A stretch of 64,000 nt of DNA from a virus (IMGVR_UViG_3300004255_000002:26530-90529); one strand, 5' to 3'. Positions 1 to 10,700 are shown, numbered from the stretch's first letter. Notes: generated from the letters alone by a model not told the origin. Program-made: numbers and translations.

Positions 1-1
1 T

Positions 2-319
2 ATCGCTGACGACGAAACATGGAACAAGGTCAAGAAGGGTGAAATCAACGGCTTTAGTATGGAAGCCATGGTCACCCGCACCAAGACCCAGTTAGAGATA
101 GAAGTACCTCCTGTCATCCGTGGGCTCACAGCTAAAGCGGCAGATGATGACCATGAGCATGAGTTCTTCGTAACCTATGACCCAGAGGGCAACTTCGTCG
201 GTGGGCGTACAGGTATGGCAGAGGATGGGCACTTCCACGAAATCCGTAAGGGCACCACCACAGAGACCACTAATAACCACTTTCACTTGTTTAGCTTTGT
301 AGAGGGCTTGATAGCATGA
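2..319 (+). CDS. XkdF-like prohead serine protease, C-terminal part (5' truncated by window)
   Basis: Frame is open from base 2: IADDETWNKVKKGEINGFSME matches the W-x-x-VK-x-GE-x-x-GFS motif of XkdF-type proteases. His-rich tail (DHEH, GHFH). Lies upstream of the capsid gene. Confidence 0.7.
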   Translation: MADDETWNKVKKGEINGFSMEAMVTRTKTQLEIEVPPVIRGLTAKAADDDHEHEFFVTYDPEGNFVGGRTGMAEDGHFHEIRKGTTTETTNNHFHLFSFVEGLIA

Positions 320-486
320 CCGACCTATTGAAAGTATTAAAGGCAGAGCCTGTGCAGAAGGTGGGTAACGGTAATAATCAGTATCAAAAGAAATACCCAC
401 GCAAAGGCTCTAAAACACACAGTACCAAAGATGAAACAGGTCTGACTCATAACTTCTATAGTCAATTAGGTGTGCGCACAGATTAA
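316..486 (+). CDS. Small basic hypothetical protein (56 aa)
   Basis: ATGA overlap with the upstream stop. MTDLLKVLKAEPVQKVG...LGVRTD*. Below the ORF-track cutoff. Confidence 0.5.
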   Translation: MTDLLKVLKAEPVQKVGNGNNQYQKKYPRKGSKTHSTKDETGLTHNFYSQLGVRTD

Positions 487-500
487 ATTAGTATAAAATG

Positions 501-522
501 CCTGTGCAGTTAATTGCACAGG
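501..522. promoter_or_regulatory. Palindromic operator-like site
   Basis: CCTGTGCAGTTAATTGCACAGG, a 22-bp near-perfect inverted repeat. The core recurs about 19 times in the window. Confidence 0.7.
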
Positions 523-577
523 TTGTTAGGTAGAGGAACTATCTGTTACATTTCATAAAACGGTTGAGGTAAATACG

Positions 578-1771
578 ATGGCACTAGTTACAGTAAATGC
601 AACAAAACTGGAAGAGGCGAACGTCTCGTACATCTCATTGGTAAAACGTGGGGCAAACAGGATTCCGTTTCGTGTCATCAAGAGTGATAAACAGGAGAAA
701 GATATGATTAATTTAGCTAGTATTTTTAAGGCCGATAAGACTGTGAAAGCTGAGAAGCCTACAGTTGGCATTATGGGTATTGTGGTTGAGAAATGTGACC
801 ACAACGCTCAAGTACAGGAGGCTATTAAAAAAGCTGGCCTAGACTTCAACTTCATGGAAGAACGTGAAGACGGCACTGTAGTGTTCAAAGCTACAGAAGC
901 ACCACTAGAGATGGAAGGTCTGCAAATCGTTAAGATGAGCGACGACACTGTAGTACTGATGAAAGGTTTCGACCCCTACTCAGACATCTTGACTTTCATG
1001 GACGCCGCTAACGCACAAGGCTTCTACCCAGCAATCGGTAACGCATTTGATGCATTGCGCACAGTAACAAGCAAAGCATTGCGTGAATCAGCTAGCCCAG
1101 AAGAAGCAGTAACTAAGATGGGTGAAATCCTTGGAGAGTTTACTAAATACGTGTTAGATGCCGCTAACAAAATACCAGCGGTGGCGTTCAAGGCTGACGA
1201 CGAAGTATCTGCTACATTGAAGGCAGAGAAATCTAAGTCTAAGATTTTGACCGAGCAAGAAATGAAAGACAAAGGTATGTCTGATGTTGAAATCAAGGCA
1301 TACATGGAAAAGAACAAGGTTACCCCAGCGGCTAAAGCAGATGAGCCTACAGGTACCGATGCAAGTGCTGTTACAGATACAGGCACCACAGAGACTACCG
1401 TAAAGGCAGAAGGCGATAAGCCTACAGAACCAGCTACCGATATGGCGGCAGTGATTAAAGCGGCACTAGATGCGGCTTTAGCTCCACTAACCGAAGCACT
1501 CTCTACAGTTACAGGCGCGGTAGATGCCGTAACTAAACAAGTATCTGATATGGCAGAAGTCCAAACTACATTGACTTCTAAAGTAGCGGAAGTAGAAACA
1601 GTAGCGAAGTCTGCTAGTGATTCTATGAAGGGTATCGTAATCGGGTCTGTACCTGCGGACGACACTCAACGTCATTCAACGACTACTAAGTCAGTGGATG
1701 ATGAAGACCCTCGCACAGGGGTGTTCGACACAGCGTTCATTAGTAAGAGCGCTCGTGGCGGTAAGCGTTAA
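578..1771 (+). CDS. Putative capsid scaffolding / head maturation protein
   Basis: N-terminal VSYISLVKRGAN motif, Ala/Thr-rich coiled-coil C-terminal half, directly upstream of the major capsid gene. Confidence 0.55.
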   Translation: MALVTVNATKLEEANVSYISLVKRGANRIPFRVIKSDKQEKDMINLASIFKADKTVKAEKPTVGIMGIVVEKCDHNAQVQEAIKKAGLDFNFMEEREDGTVVFKATEAPLEMEGLQIVKMSDDTVVLMKGFDPYSDILTFMDAANAQGFYPAIGNAFDALRTVTSKALRESASPEEAVTKMGEILGEFTKYVLDAANKIPAVAFKADDEVSATLKAEKSKSKILTEQEMKDKGMSDVEIKAYMEKNKVTPAAKADEPTGTDASAVTDTGTTETTVKAEGDKPTEPATDMAAVIKAALDAALAPLTEALSTVTGAVDAVTKQVSDMAEVQTTLTSKVAEVETVAKSASDSMKGIVIGSVPADDTQRHSTTTKSVDDEDPRTGVFDTAFISKSARGGKR

Positions 1772-1808
1772 TAGCTGTATTTCTTAATAAACAAATTGGA
1801 GTATTAAT

Positions 1809-2747
1809 ATGTCAACAAATCAAGACCTTATCAAGAAAGCAGACATTGCGCTAGCAGACTTGAGTTCAGACGGTGGTTTACTTAACCCAGAGCAAACGGA
1901 CAAATTCATCCGTACATTGATTGATAGCCCAACGCTATTGAATCGCGCTCGTGTGGTTACAATGAACTCACCACAACGCAAGATTAACAAAATCGGTTTC
2001 GGTTCACGTATCATGCACGCGGCTACATCTGGCGTTGCATTAGGTTCTGGTAGCCGCTCTAAACCTGACTTAGGTCAAGTAGAGTTGAACACCAAAGAAA
2101 TCATCGCTGAAATCAATATTCCATACGATGTATTGGAAGACAACATCGAAGGCGGTAATATCGGTGCGGCGTTACAACAAGGTGGTGGCGGTCTACACAA
2201 CACAATCGTGCAATTAATTGCAGAGCGTGCGGCGTTAGACTTGGAAGAGTTGGGTATCTTGGGTGATACAAGCTCAGGCGACCCATACCTAGCTTTAGTT
2301 GATGGTTACTTGAAACGTGCTACAGGCCACATCGTTAATGGTGGCGGCGGCGCTATCAGTAAGAACTTGCTTAAAGCTGGTGTTAAAGCCATGCCAGACA
2401 AGTACCTACGTAACCGTGGCGCACTAGCTCACTTGGTTTCAGTGGACAATGAAACAGAATACCGTGATACCTACGCAAGCCGTCAAACAGCTTTAGGTGA
2501 TGCACAGTTACAAGGTACAAGCCCATTGTTCGCATACGGCTCTAACATCTTGGCAGTGCCTTTAATGCCACAAGCCCAAGGTCTGTTCACTGACCCACAA
2601 AACTTGATTTTCGGTGTGCAACGTAAAATCAACATCGAATTTGATAAAGATATCCGCGCTCGTACATTCATCATCGTGTTGACTGCTCGCGTGGACTTCC
2701 AAATCGAAGAAACCGATGCAGTGGTGCAGTACACCAACATTGGCTAA
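1809..2747 (+). CDS. Major capsid protein, XkdG-like (HK97 fold)
   Basis: N-terminus LIKKADIALADLSSDGGLLNPEQTDKFI and C-terminus IVLTARVDFQIEETDAVV are typical of PBSX XkdG-type capsids. 312 aa, GGAG RBS. Confidence 0.88.
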   Translation: MSTNQDLIKKADIALADLSSDGGLLNPEQTDKFIRTLIDSPTLLNRARVVTMNSPQRKINKIGFGSRIMHAATSGVALGSGSRSKPDLGQVELNTKEIIAEINIPYDVLEDNIEGGNIGAALQQGGGGLHNTIVQLIAERAALDLEELGILGDTSSGDPYLALVDGYLKRATGHIVNGGGGAISKNLLKAGVKAMPDKYLRNRGALAHLVSVDNETEYRDTYASRQTALGDAQLQGTSPLFAYGSNILAVPLMPQAQGLFTDPQNLIFGVQRKINIEFDKDIRARTFIIVLTARVDFQIEETDAVVQYTNIG

Positions 2748-2770
2748 TCGTAACTGATTAGTGTTAAACT

Positions 2771-2805
2771 AAAAGCTCTCGACTGTAGTGGTTGGGAGCT
2801 TTTTA
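2771..2805 (+). terminator. Rho-independent terminator after the capsid gene
   Basis: AAAAGCTCTC-13 nt-GGGAGCTTTTT hairpin with U tract. Confidence 0.7.
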
Positions 2806-2823
2806 CTTATACGGAGAGATATC

Positions 2824-3477
2824 ATGGCAGTAAACCTAAGCAAGAATGATAAGGCGCAAGCTAAAGCGCAAGCCCAACAAGCCGCTAAAGCAGGTACACA
2901 AGACCAAGCCAAAGACCAGAACCAAGCGCCAGTTGCGGCGGCAAAGGCACCAGAAGTGACCTTTCTTAAACTAGCCCAGTTGTCTACCTACGTGCACTCA
3001 GACGGTAGCGTATTCCGTGGCGCAGACATCTATGAAGTAACCCTGCCTAAAGCGGAAGAGTTACTGGCAGAAGCGTCACCAGCAGGCGTACCATACTTTA
3101 AAGAAGTAGCAGACCCAGACGCTACAGCAGTTGTGTCTAAGATTGCTAAGGTAGCCCAAACGGTTGAACCAGACCCAGCACCAGCAGAAACAGGTGATAT
3201 CACTACAGATACCCAAACTCAAGCCCAAGGCGACGTGATTGACACGACAGCAGGCGAGGACGAAGACGACTTAGGCGACGACACAATCACTATCACTCAT
3301 GCAGAAGGCACTGGCGAAGGCGCTGATGAAACAGGTGAGCAAGGTGTGGTAATTGGTGAAGGTACTGGCGAAGGTTCAGAAGGTACAGGTGCTGATGCAG
3401 ACAACACAGGTGAGACCGATACAGGTACAGTAGCGCTTAAAGATGCTAACGGTACTGATGTTGGTGTGACTGTTTAA
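2824..3477 (+). CDS. Acidic low-complexity hypothetical protein (head module)
   Basis: GGAGAG RBS before ATG 2824 (the track start at 2788 is an upstream extension). D/E/G/T-rich with GEGTGEG repeats. Confidence 0.7.
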   Translation: MAVNLSKNDKAQAKAQAQQAAKAGTQDQAKDQNQAPVAAAKAPEVTFLKLAQLSTYVHSDGSVFRGADIYEVTLPKAEELLAEASPAGVPYFKEVADPDATAVVSKIAKVAQTVEPDPAPAETGDITTDTQTQAQGDVIDTTAGEDEDDLGDDTITITHAEGTGEGADETGEQGVVIGEGTGEGSEGTGADADNTGETDTGTVALKDANGTDVGVTV

Positions 3478-3495
3478 TAAGTAAAGGGGATAGGC

Positions 3496-4095
3496 ATGGC
3501 AAGCATTATAACGGCACAGGACGTAATGGGACGTATGGGCCTACCTGATGTAGACGGTGTGGTGGAGACAATTAACTCTGCGCTAGTAGCCGCCCATGCC
3601 CGATTCCAAGGATTGTTGGACACTAAGTTCGATGAGACCCCGACTACTAAAACAGACCTATTCTTCCCAGAGTCTGACTACTTCCCAGTGGTAGAGAATA
3701 AGTACATCAAGCTAAGATTGCGCAGAGCGTTTATCAATCCAGCGGGTTCAGTGTTGGTGCGTGTGGGCAGAGAAATAAACTCTGAATCAACCACGCTAGC
3801 ACCGCCTGACTACTTCGTAGACCATGAGAAAGGGATTGTGCATGTAGCGGAGAAGTACCTAGACCAGTACATAGCCGTATCGTATCTGGCTGGCTTCACT
3901 GATACCGACAACCCAGCACCAGAGTGGTTGAAAGAGGCGATACTAGCTTACATGCCATTCGTACTTAATAATCAGCAGTCCACAAATCGGTCTGACGAGC
4001 AAACAGGTATATCCAAGAAGATTGCCGATATGTCGGGTGATATGGTTGCTCCATACATGCGCGGATTTGCGTTTCAGTACAGGCCGATGTTCTAA
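3496..4095 (+). CDS. Head-tail connector/adaptor protein
   Basis: Position after the capsid genes. DYFVD...GIV...AVSYLAGF...P-x-x-LKEAIL pattern of gp6/gp15-like adaptors. Confidence 0.7.
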   Translation: MASIITAQDVMGRMGLPDVDGVVETINSALVAAHARFQGLLDTKFDETPTTKTDLFFPESDYFPVVENKYIKLRLRRAFINPAGSVLVRVGREINSESTTLAPPDYFVDHEKGIVHVAEKYLDQYIAVSYLAGFTDTDNPAPEWLKEAILAYMPFVLNNQQSTNRSDEQTGISKKIADMSGDMVAPYMRGFAFQYRPMF

Positions 4096-4520
4096 TGCTT
4101 AGCGTAGGGCTTAAGCTTAACGATAAGGCACTTCATGAGCTTGCAGATAAGCTCATCCCTGCCTTAGACACCACTGACATCCTAGATGAGGCCAGCGCCA
4201 TCCTATTGAATCGGATACGTACTAGATTCCTTGCAGAGACAGACCCAGAGGGTAAACCATGGGTACAATCGCAAGCGGCTAAGCGTAGACGTGAGAAGGG
4301 CGGCACGGGTACATTGTTTGCCACAGGTAGATTGTTCAGGTCGATTCAGTTGCACTCTGTAGGTCCTGACAGTAGAGCGATTAGCACAGATGTACCGTAT
4401 GCTAAAGTTCCACAGTTAGGGTTAGCAGGGCAAGAGAAGCGGGTGTACTTAGGCTTTGTGGATGAGGATGCGCGGCTAGTAGAGCGCCTATTAGAAATCA
4501 GAGTAGGAAAGGTAATGTAA
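4095..4520 (+). CDS. Phage virion morphogenesis protein (Mu gpG / tail completion S family)
   Basis: RFLAETDPEGKPW...LFATGRLFRSI...TDVPYA family signature. Confidence 0.85.
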   Translation: MLSVGLKLNDKALHELADKLIPALDTTDILDEASAILLNRIRTRFLAETDPEGKPWVQSQAAKRRREKGGTGTLFATGRLFRSIQLHSVGPDSRAISTDVPYAKVPQLGLAGQEKRVYLGFVDEDARLVERLLEIRVGKVM

Positions 4521-4972
4521 TGGCACAACCAACGGCACAGGATTGTATAGATGACGTAGTAGCCAAGCTTAAGGCTTCTGGTGAGTTTGGGGTGACGGCT
4601 AATAAAGAGAAGGTGTTCACTGTTTACTCAGAGGAGGACCTATTCGATAAGTCTAAGTACGTAGAGTTCCCCGCGGTAGGTCTGATGTATGAGGGCACCC
4701 GCGCTAATGGTCTCGACCCTAGCAAGCAGGGCTTAGCCTCTGACTGCACACTTGCCATCGTCCTACTGCTTAACGGTAAGTCTGTGGGCGGGATAAACAC
4801 ACAGCACGAAGGGTCACGCATCCTTAGTGAGGTGCGTAAGCAGTTCAAGAATAACTGCGGTAATTCACCAACAGGGCACAAATGGCGCTTTGTTAGTGAG
4901 ATACCTGCGGGGCAAGTCAATGGCTTGTTTGTATTCATTCAACGCTGGTCTACCGCTATCATCATGACCTAG
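4520..4972 (+). CDS. Putative tail terminator/completion protein (Mu gp37-like)
   Basis: Synteny between the morphogenesis and tail tube genes, 150 aa, stop/start overlap. Confidence 0.55.
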   Translation: MAQPTAQDCIDDVVAKLKASGEFGVTANKEKVFTVYSEEDLFDKSKYVEFPAVGLMYEGTRANGLDPSKQGLASDCTLAIVLLLNGKSVGGINTQHEGSRILSEVRKQFKNNCGNSPTGHKWRFVSEIPAGQVNGLFVFIQRWSTAIIMT

Positions 4973-5019
4973 AAAGATTTGGTCGGAGGAATGCGGGGCG
5001 TATAGAATCTAACCTAGTA

Positions 5020-5223
5020 ATGGAGAGCACTATGATTAACGGTATTAAAGTCAAATTTATTCGTAACCATGAGCATAAAGGTAGCCAATACCGCCATGGC
5101 ACAGAATTAACAGTTACACCAGAAGAAGCTAATTTGTTCTTTAGCTTGGATGTGGCTGAGAAGGTAACCGAAGCACCAGCACCTAGAGTGACTGAGGCCA
5201 GAGGTGAAAAGGGTGCGGACTAA
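5020..5223 (+). CDS. Small hypothetical virion-associated protein
   Basis: ORF in the tail operon. VKFIRNHEH...G-x-x-L-x-V...EA pattern of small phage neck proteins. Confidence 0.55.
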   Translation: MESTMINGIKVKFIRNHEHKGSQYRHGTELTVTPEEANLFFSLDVAEKVTEAPAPRVTEARGEKGAD

Positions 5224-5265
5224 CCGCAAGAAGTAACTATCAACGTAGTTTATTAGGGAGGCATT

Positions 5266-5976
5266 ATGTCTACAGAAAAGATATCAATTAACGCATTACT
5301 TGGTGATGGTGGGGCTAAACTTAACGACGGACTACGTGCCGTCCTACAAGAACTCCAAGGTTTTACTCAAGTAGTGGTTACAGGTGCGGCGGCAGGTGTG
5401 GCTATGGCAGTGGACACTATTCGTGACACTGACCACATTTGCGGTGCGGTAGTTTATACCAATGCTGGTGGTGCACCAGTTGACGGCAAGGCTAATATCA
5501 CAGCACAGAGCGTGCGTGCACAAGGTACAGTTACATTGGCGGCAGTGTTGGACGGCGATACGTTCACAACTAACGACACTGTGTACACGTTTAAGGCCAC
5601 ACCTACAGCGGCAACAGATGTACGCTTAGCTGGCACCAACGCAGAAAACGCGGCTAAACTAGTTAAGGCTATTAATGACCATGAGAACCGCCGTGTGAAT
5701 GGCAGTCCTAACTTAGTCTTAATCAAGGCCTCAGCAGTGGGTGCAGTGGTAACTATCCGTGCGGTTCGTGAAGGTGTAACAGGTAATGACATTTCATTAC
5801 TAAGCTCAAACAACACTCGCTTAGCAGTAACGGCTGGTGGCAAATTATCTGGCGGCACATCTATTGGTAGCATCAAGTCTACAGACAACTTGACTGGTAA
5901 GACAATCGTACTGTCCTACTACTCAAAACCAGTAGCACAAGACTACAATGAGTACGACCCAGAAGAAGTAGCGTAG
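5266..5976 (+). CDS. Virion structural protein with a tail-sheath-like insertion domain
   Basis: GGGAGG RBS. GTVTL...AENAAKLVKAIN...ASAVGAVVTIRAVREGVTGNDISL resembles an accessory domain of sheath proteins. Confidence 0.55.
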   Translation: MSTEKISINALLGDGGAKLNDGLRAVLQELQGFTQVVVTGAAAGVAMAVDTIRDTDHICGAVVYTNAGGAPVDGKANITAQSVRAQGTVTLAAVLDGDTFTTNDTVYTFKATPTAATDVRLAGTNAENAAKLVKAINDHENRRVNGSPNLVLIKASAVGAVVTIRAVREGVTGNDISLLSSNNTRLAVTAGGKLSGGTSIGSIKSTDNLTGKTIVLSYYSKPVAQDYNEYDPEEVA

Positions 5977-6027
5977 TCAGGCCACGGCTGTTTAACAAAG
6001 AAATAATAGAAATCAAAGGAGTACACA

Positions 6028-7047
6028 ATGAGTACGTTTGACGGTAATAACTTCTACTTTTCAGGGCAAGGTGTTGTTCTGATTGGTAAGCGCGATGCGC
6101 AAGGTAAGTCTAAAGGCTTATCACCAGTAGGTAACGTGTCTGACTTAAAAATCAGTATCGCTACTACTAGCTTAGAGCACAAAGAATCACAAACAGGCCA
6201 ACGCGGTATTGACTTACGCTTGACGACAGAAACTAAGGCCACTTTATCAGTGACTTTGGAAAACTTCGTAGCGGCTAACTTGGCACTTGCTTTACGCGGT
6301 GGCGAAACACGCAAGACTGCTGGTGCGGTTACAGCAGAAGCACCTAAGTTATACTGGGGTAAAGTAAGCCCATTGAAATACGTGGGTGTGAGTGCAGTGG
6401 TAGTTCAACGTGGCGCACAAACTTTGACAGCGTATGTAGATGAAAACACTGCGTATGACTACAAGTTGAATGCACAAGCTGGCTCAATCCTGTTTAACGA
6501 TGGTAAAACATTGGCATTGACTACTAATGCAACTACAGGTGGTGTGGTGCCGACTGCGGTTGTTGTGGGAGCTGATACTACTATCACTGTAGCTAATACT
6601 GCCTCAGCAGGTGATTCAGTTGCGTTAGCTGGTTTCACAGGTGCAGATGCGGCATTGTTGAATAACAAGACTCACGTTATTGTTTCAGCAACACCAACAG
6701 CCATCGTGATTGAAACAGACACTCTAGGTAAAACAATCACAGTGGGTACACCACTAGCAGTATTTGACGGTGTGGCTACAAGCATCGCTTACAACTTTGC
6801 AGGCCAGAACATTGTTGATGCATTGACCGAAGGTACCCAAGAGCGCTTCCTACGCTTTGAAGGCCTGAACACTGCGGATGACAATGCCGCTGTGGTGGTT
6901 GAAGTGTTCAAGTTCGTAGTTGACCCAACTAAAGACTTGTCTTTGATTGGTGACGGTATCGGTCAGTTCGTATTGGAAGGCAACGTACTAGCCGACCCAT
7001 TACAACCAACTGGTTCTAAGTACTTCAAGCAAACATTGCTACGTTAA
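6028..7047 (+). CDS. Major tail (tube) protein
   Basis: YFSGQGVVLIGKRD...VGNVSDLKI...EHKESQTGQR motif of D3112/YuA-type siphophage tail tubes. Strong RBS and downstream terminator. Confidence 0.85.
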   Translation: MSTFDGNNFYFSGQGVVLIGKRDAQGKSKGLSPVGNVSDLKISIATTSLEHKESQTGQRGIDLRLTTETKATLSVTLENFVAANLALALRGGETRKTAGAVTAEAPKLYWGKVSPLKYVGVSAVVVQRGAQTLTAYVDENTAYDYKLNAQAGSILFNDGKTLALTTNATTGGVVPTAVVVGADTTITVANTASAGDSVALAGFTGADAALLNNKTHVIVSATPTAIVIETDTLGKTITVGTPLAVFDGVATSIAYNFAGQNIVDALTEGTQERFLRFEGLNTADDNAAVVVEVFKFVVDPTKDLSLIGDGIGQFVLEGNVLADPLQPTGSKYFKQTLLR

Positions 7048-7067
7048 TCCGTAACTAGTGATACACT

Positions 7068-7100
7068 AATGCAGAGGCCTCAAAACCCTCTGCATTTTTG
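7068..7100 (+). terminator. Rho-independent terminator
   Basis: AATGCAGAGG-9 nt-CCTCTGCATT followed by TTT. Confidence 0.75.
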
Positions 7101-7120
7101 TTTATCCTTAGGAGCCGTGT

Positions 7121-7567
7121 ATGCAAGTAGTAAAATTGTCAGACCTTATTCCCCAGACTGATACTGTAGAAGTACAGACAGGTATCAGCATCCAATTGAA
7201 CCCGCTTAGCCTAGAGCAGATTGCCAAGCTATTCTGGGAGCAACAAGACCAATTCCTAGCTATCTACCAAGAAGGCACCAAAGCTGAGCCGAACTACGGC
7301 CCAATGGTACTAGCCGCCCCTCGTATGGTGGCTGAGATGATTGCTATGAGTGCAGGTCAAGAAGAACAAATAGACACCGTACTCAATCTAGCTGGTACTG
7401 TGCAATTAACTGCACTCGCTAAAGTGTGGCGCTTATCGGTGCCCGACCCAAAAAAATTGACCGAAGCTCTAACGGAACTAATGGGAGAGCTTCGCAAAAC
7501 AAGCGCGGCAGTGGCTCAGCCAAAAGTAACAGAGAAAGAGCAATCGAAGCCTTCGAGCACGACATAG
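7121..7567 (+). CDS. Tail assembly chaperone (gpG equivalent)
   Basis: Between tail tube and tape measure. Contains slippery A-AAA-AAA at 7450-7456. Confidence 0.8.
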   Translation: MQVVKLSDLIPQTDTVEVQTGISIQLNPLSLEQIAKLFWEQQDQFLAIYQEGTKAEPNYGPMVLAAPRMVAEMIAMSAGQEEQIDTVLNLAGTVQLTALAKVWRLSVPDPKKLTEALTELMGELRKTSAAVAQPKVTEKEQSKPSSTT

Positions 7568-7773
7568 CCTCATCAATCTCTATCCTACTAAGGGATGGAT
7601 TTACCTTGGATAAGGTTCTGAGATTGTCCTTGCGGCAGATTCAGGGCTTTATTAGTCTGTCTGTAAAAAGTAAGGCCAGTGAGGACCTAGCGCTGGCTTT
7701 AATTATTAGGATGGCTCATCATGCAGATGGAAAGAAGTTCAAGGAATTTATGCAAGCCTTAGATAAGGAGTAG
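7450..7773 (+). CDS. -1 frameshift extension of the tail chaperone (gpGT equivalent)
   Basis: The -1 frame is open from the slippery site to TAG 7773 (IDRSS...MQALDKE), immediately before the tape measure gene. Confidence 0.75.
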   Translation, partial: KKIDRSSNGTNGRASQNKRGSGSAKSNRERAIEAFEHDIASSISILLRDGFTLDKVLRLSLRQIQGFISLSVKSKASEDLALALIIRMAHHADGKKFKEFMQALDKE

Positions 7774-7776
7774 ACC

Positions 7777-10700
7777 GTGGCAGTGTCAGCAGAATTACAG
7801 ATACTAATTACGGCAGTTAATAATGCCAAAGCCCAAATCACCAGTCTGGTTAAAGACCTATCTGGTGTGTCTGCGGGTGTCGATAAGATTAACGGTAAGG
7901 ACATTGGTACCAAACAGAATACCCAGCTAAAGGAGCTCGGCGCTAATGCTAAGAGCGCGACTGATAGCATGGGTATGTTTGCACTTAAAGCCGCCGCCGC
8001 GGTGGTCGCTATTCGTGGTCTTATTGCCATCCCAGAGACGTACAAGCAGATTGACGCTAGACTACGTATCGCCGCTGACAGTCAAGCGGACTACAATCGC
8101 TCTCAAGAAGAAACTACCCGTATTGCATTGGCCTCACGCTCATCACTAGAGGGTGTAGCAGGTCTTTACACCAAGCTTAGGGTCAATGCACGGTTAGCCT
8201 CAGACGACGCGGCACGCCTCACAGAAATCATTGGCAAGGCTACTCAGCTAGACGGTGGCGGTGCAGGTGCAGATGCGGCTATCTTCCAGTTACAACAAGG
8301 CTTGTCCTCAGGCACATTACGTGGTGAGGAATTAAACTCTGTCTTAGAACAAACACCATCACTAGCTAAAGCGTTAGCAGACGGCTTAGGTGTGTCTGTG
8401 GGCGGTTTACGTCAGATTGCGCAAGACGGTAAGCTTACGGCTGAGGTGGTGCGAGACTCCCTATTCAAGATGCAGGGCGACGTAGAGAGCAAGTTCAACC
8501 AACTACCAGTAACGACAGGTCAGGCGTTTGAGAACATCAAGACCAAGGCCATCCTAGCTATTGGTAGTATCGACCAGCAACTAGGTATCACCTCTACTAT
8601 TGCTAAAGGTATCCAAGCAGTTGCGGATAACTTAGAGCCTATCATTAAGGCTGGTGCAATCGTAGGCGCAATTTTTGTTGGGTTAAAGGTACAGGCACTC
8701 ATCGCGTCCTCAGGTATGCTCACGCTCGCAGGGGCTACAGGTGCCTTAGGTGTGGTCATGGCGGCAGTGTTCTCACCTGTTACTCTGGTTATAGGCGCAT
8801 TCGCGGGTCTGATTAAGTTCTTCACAGACGGGATAAACGCATCCAATGCACTCACAGAGACGGTGGCAGAAGAGGTTACTGTGTGGGAGGTGTTTGGTGC
8901 GGTCTTGGGTATCGTGGGTGATTCTATCTCTAACGTGATAGGCTTCATAGGGGACCTTACAGGGCTCATGCCTGTGGGTGGAAAAGCTATAGATGAGTTT
9001 GGTAAGCAAAACGAAAAGACTTGGACAGAATCAGGCGGGTTCGCTCGTAACTTCTTTAACGGTATCGTCGGGTTCCTGCCTATGCTGGGTCGTGCATTAG
9101 CGGCTACAGCGGTTCTAATCAAAGAGGGCATATCACAACTATTCTCAAGCATCGCGGATGAGGCTAGGGCATTAGGCAAAGACCTACAGAACGTACTCAA
9201 GGGCGACCTCACATTCAGCAACCTAATTAAGTCAGGCGCTGATAGCAAGAAGGCGTTCTCTAACCTAGGTAAGCAGTACGCCGAGAACATGAAGGATGCA
9301 CTAGATGCAGGCCTAGGCACGGACTATGCGGCTGATATATTCAAGTCAATCAATAGTCGTATCAATGAGGAACGTAAAAAGAAACCAATCGTAGCGGATA
9401 AGCCTGCCTCACTATTACCTGAGCAGACTAAAAAGGGCTCAGCGGCTAGTGCATTTGGTTTAGGTCAAGATGAAATCAATGCGCTTAAGACCGTGCTTGA
9501 TGGCATCACCAACGACATTAAATCTAGCCTAGCCCAAGCGTCTAAAATCTACGATGAGTCCTATAAAGACAACCTCATTAGTATCAATGAGTTCTACATC
9601 GCACGTCAGGGCATTATCGACAAGCAAGCCGATACTGAGATAGAGGCAGAGCGTACATTGCTGTCTGCACTCCAAGCAGAGCGTGCTAAGGTCGCTAACA
9701 CGGCTGTGGGTGATAAAGAGCAAGAGAAGAAACGTGCCAAGCTCGCGGACATAGATAACGAGATATTCAAAATAGGGCAGAAAGTCCTACAGATAGACAA
9801 AGAGCGTGGTTTCGCTACCTCAGATATTGCCCGTAATCGGGAACGAGATAGCAAAGCGTTACGTGAACAACTTGCAGACATAAGATTAGCCAATGATTTG
9901 GTTGCAGGGGTAGCTACCTCTGAACAACGTGCCGATGCAATCCGTTTACGTAACGCCGAGCTATTACGCAAGGCTCAGGAAAACGAGTCAGAGAACAAAG
10001 GCGCAACTGCGGCAGTAGAGCGCAAGATAGAGATTGAGATTAATCAGGAGACTCTTGACCGCACTGAGACTGAGTTTAATGCAGTCATGGCTCGCTTGCG
10101 TGCTAGTCAAGAAACAGTCGATATCCAACGCAAGAACGGTATCCTAACCGAGACTCAAGCGCGTGAGCAATTAGTCATCCTAAACCGCCAAGCGGCAGAT
10201 GACTTGGATGTACTCATTCCTAAATTGGAAGAAGCGGCTAAGGCATTAGGCCCTGAGGCTCAAGCAAGGGTAGCAGAGTGGCGTAATCAAATAGCGCAGA
10301 CTCGCTTAGTGGTGGACGAAACCGCTGTGCGTATCAACGGCGCATTCAAGGATGGAGCAAGCACTCTATTCAAAGACCTAATCACTGGCGCTAAGAATGC
10401 TAAAGAGGCTGTGTTGGACTTCGCTAATACCTTCCTTAAGGCGGTAGCAGATGTAGCGTCCCAGAAGCTTACAGATAGCATCTTTGGTGGTGTGGCAGGA
10501 GGCGGGGGTGGTATCGGTGGTATATTATCTGGCCTATTCGGGGATAAACCGAAAGAGAAGGGCTCTAATCCAGCCGACCCATTGTACGTGCAGGACGCAA
10601 GCAAGGCGACAGAGAAACTAGGCGACGTAGTTAATCCAACTGAGGGCGTGCTTGATACCTTCTTTACTAAAGTGAAGACAGGCTTCAATAGCTTAGTAGA

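Noticed and set aside
1024-1665. Long minus-strand ORFs (for example 1024-1665, 8520-9320, 10287-10760, 46192-46761)
   Set aside because: They shadow well-supported + strand genes, have no RBS or recognisable motifs, and arise from codon bias of the sense genes.
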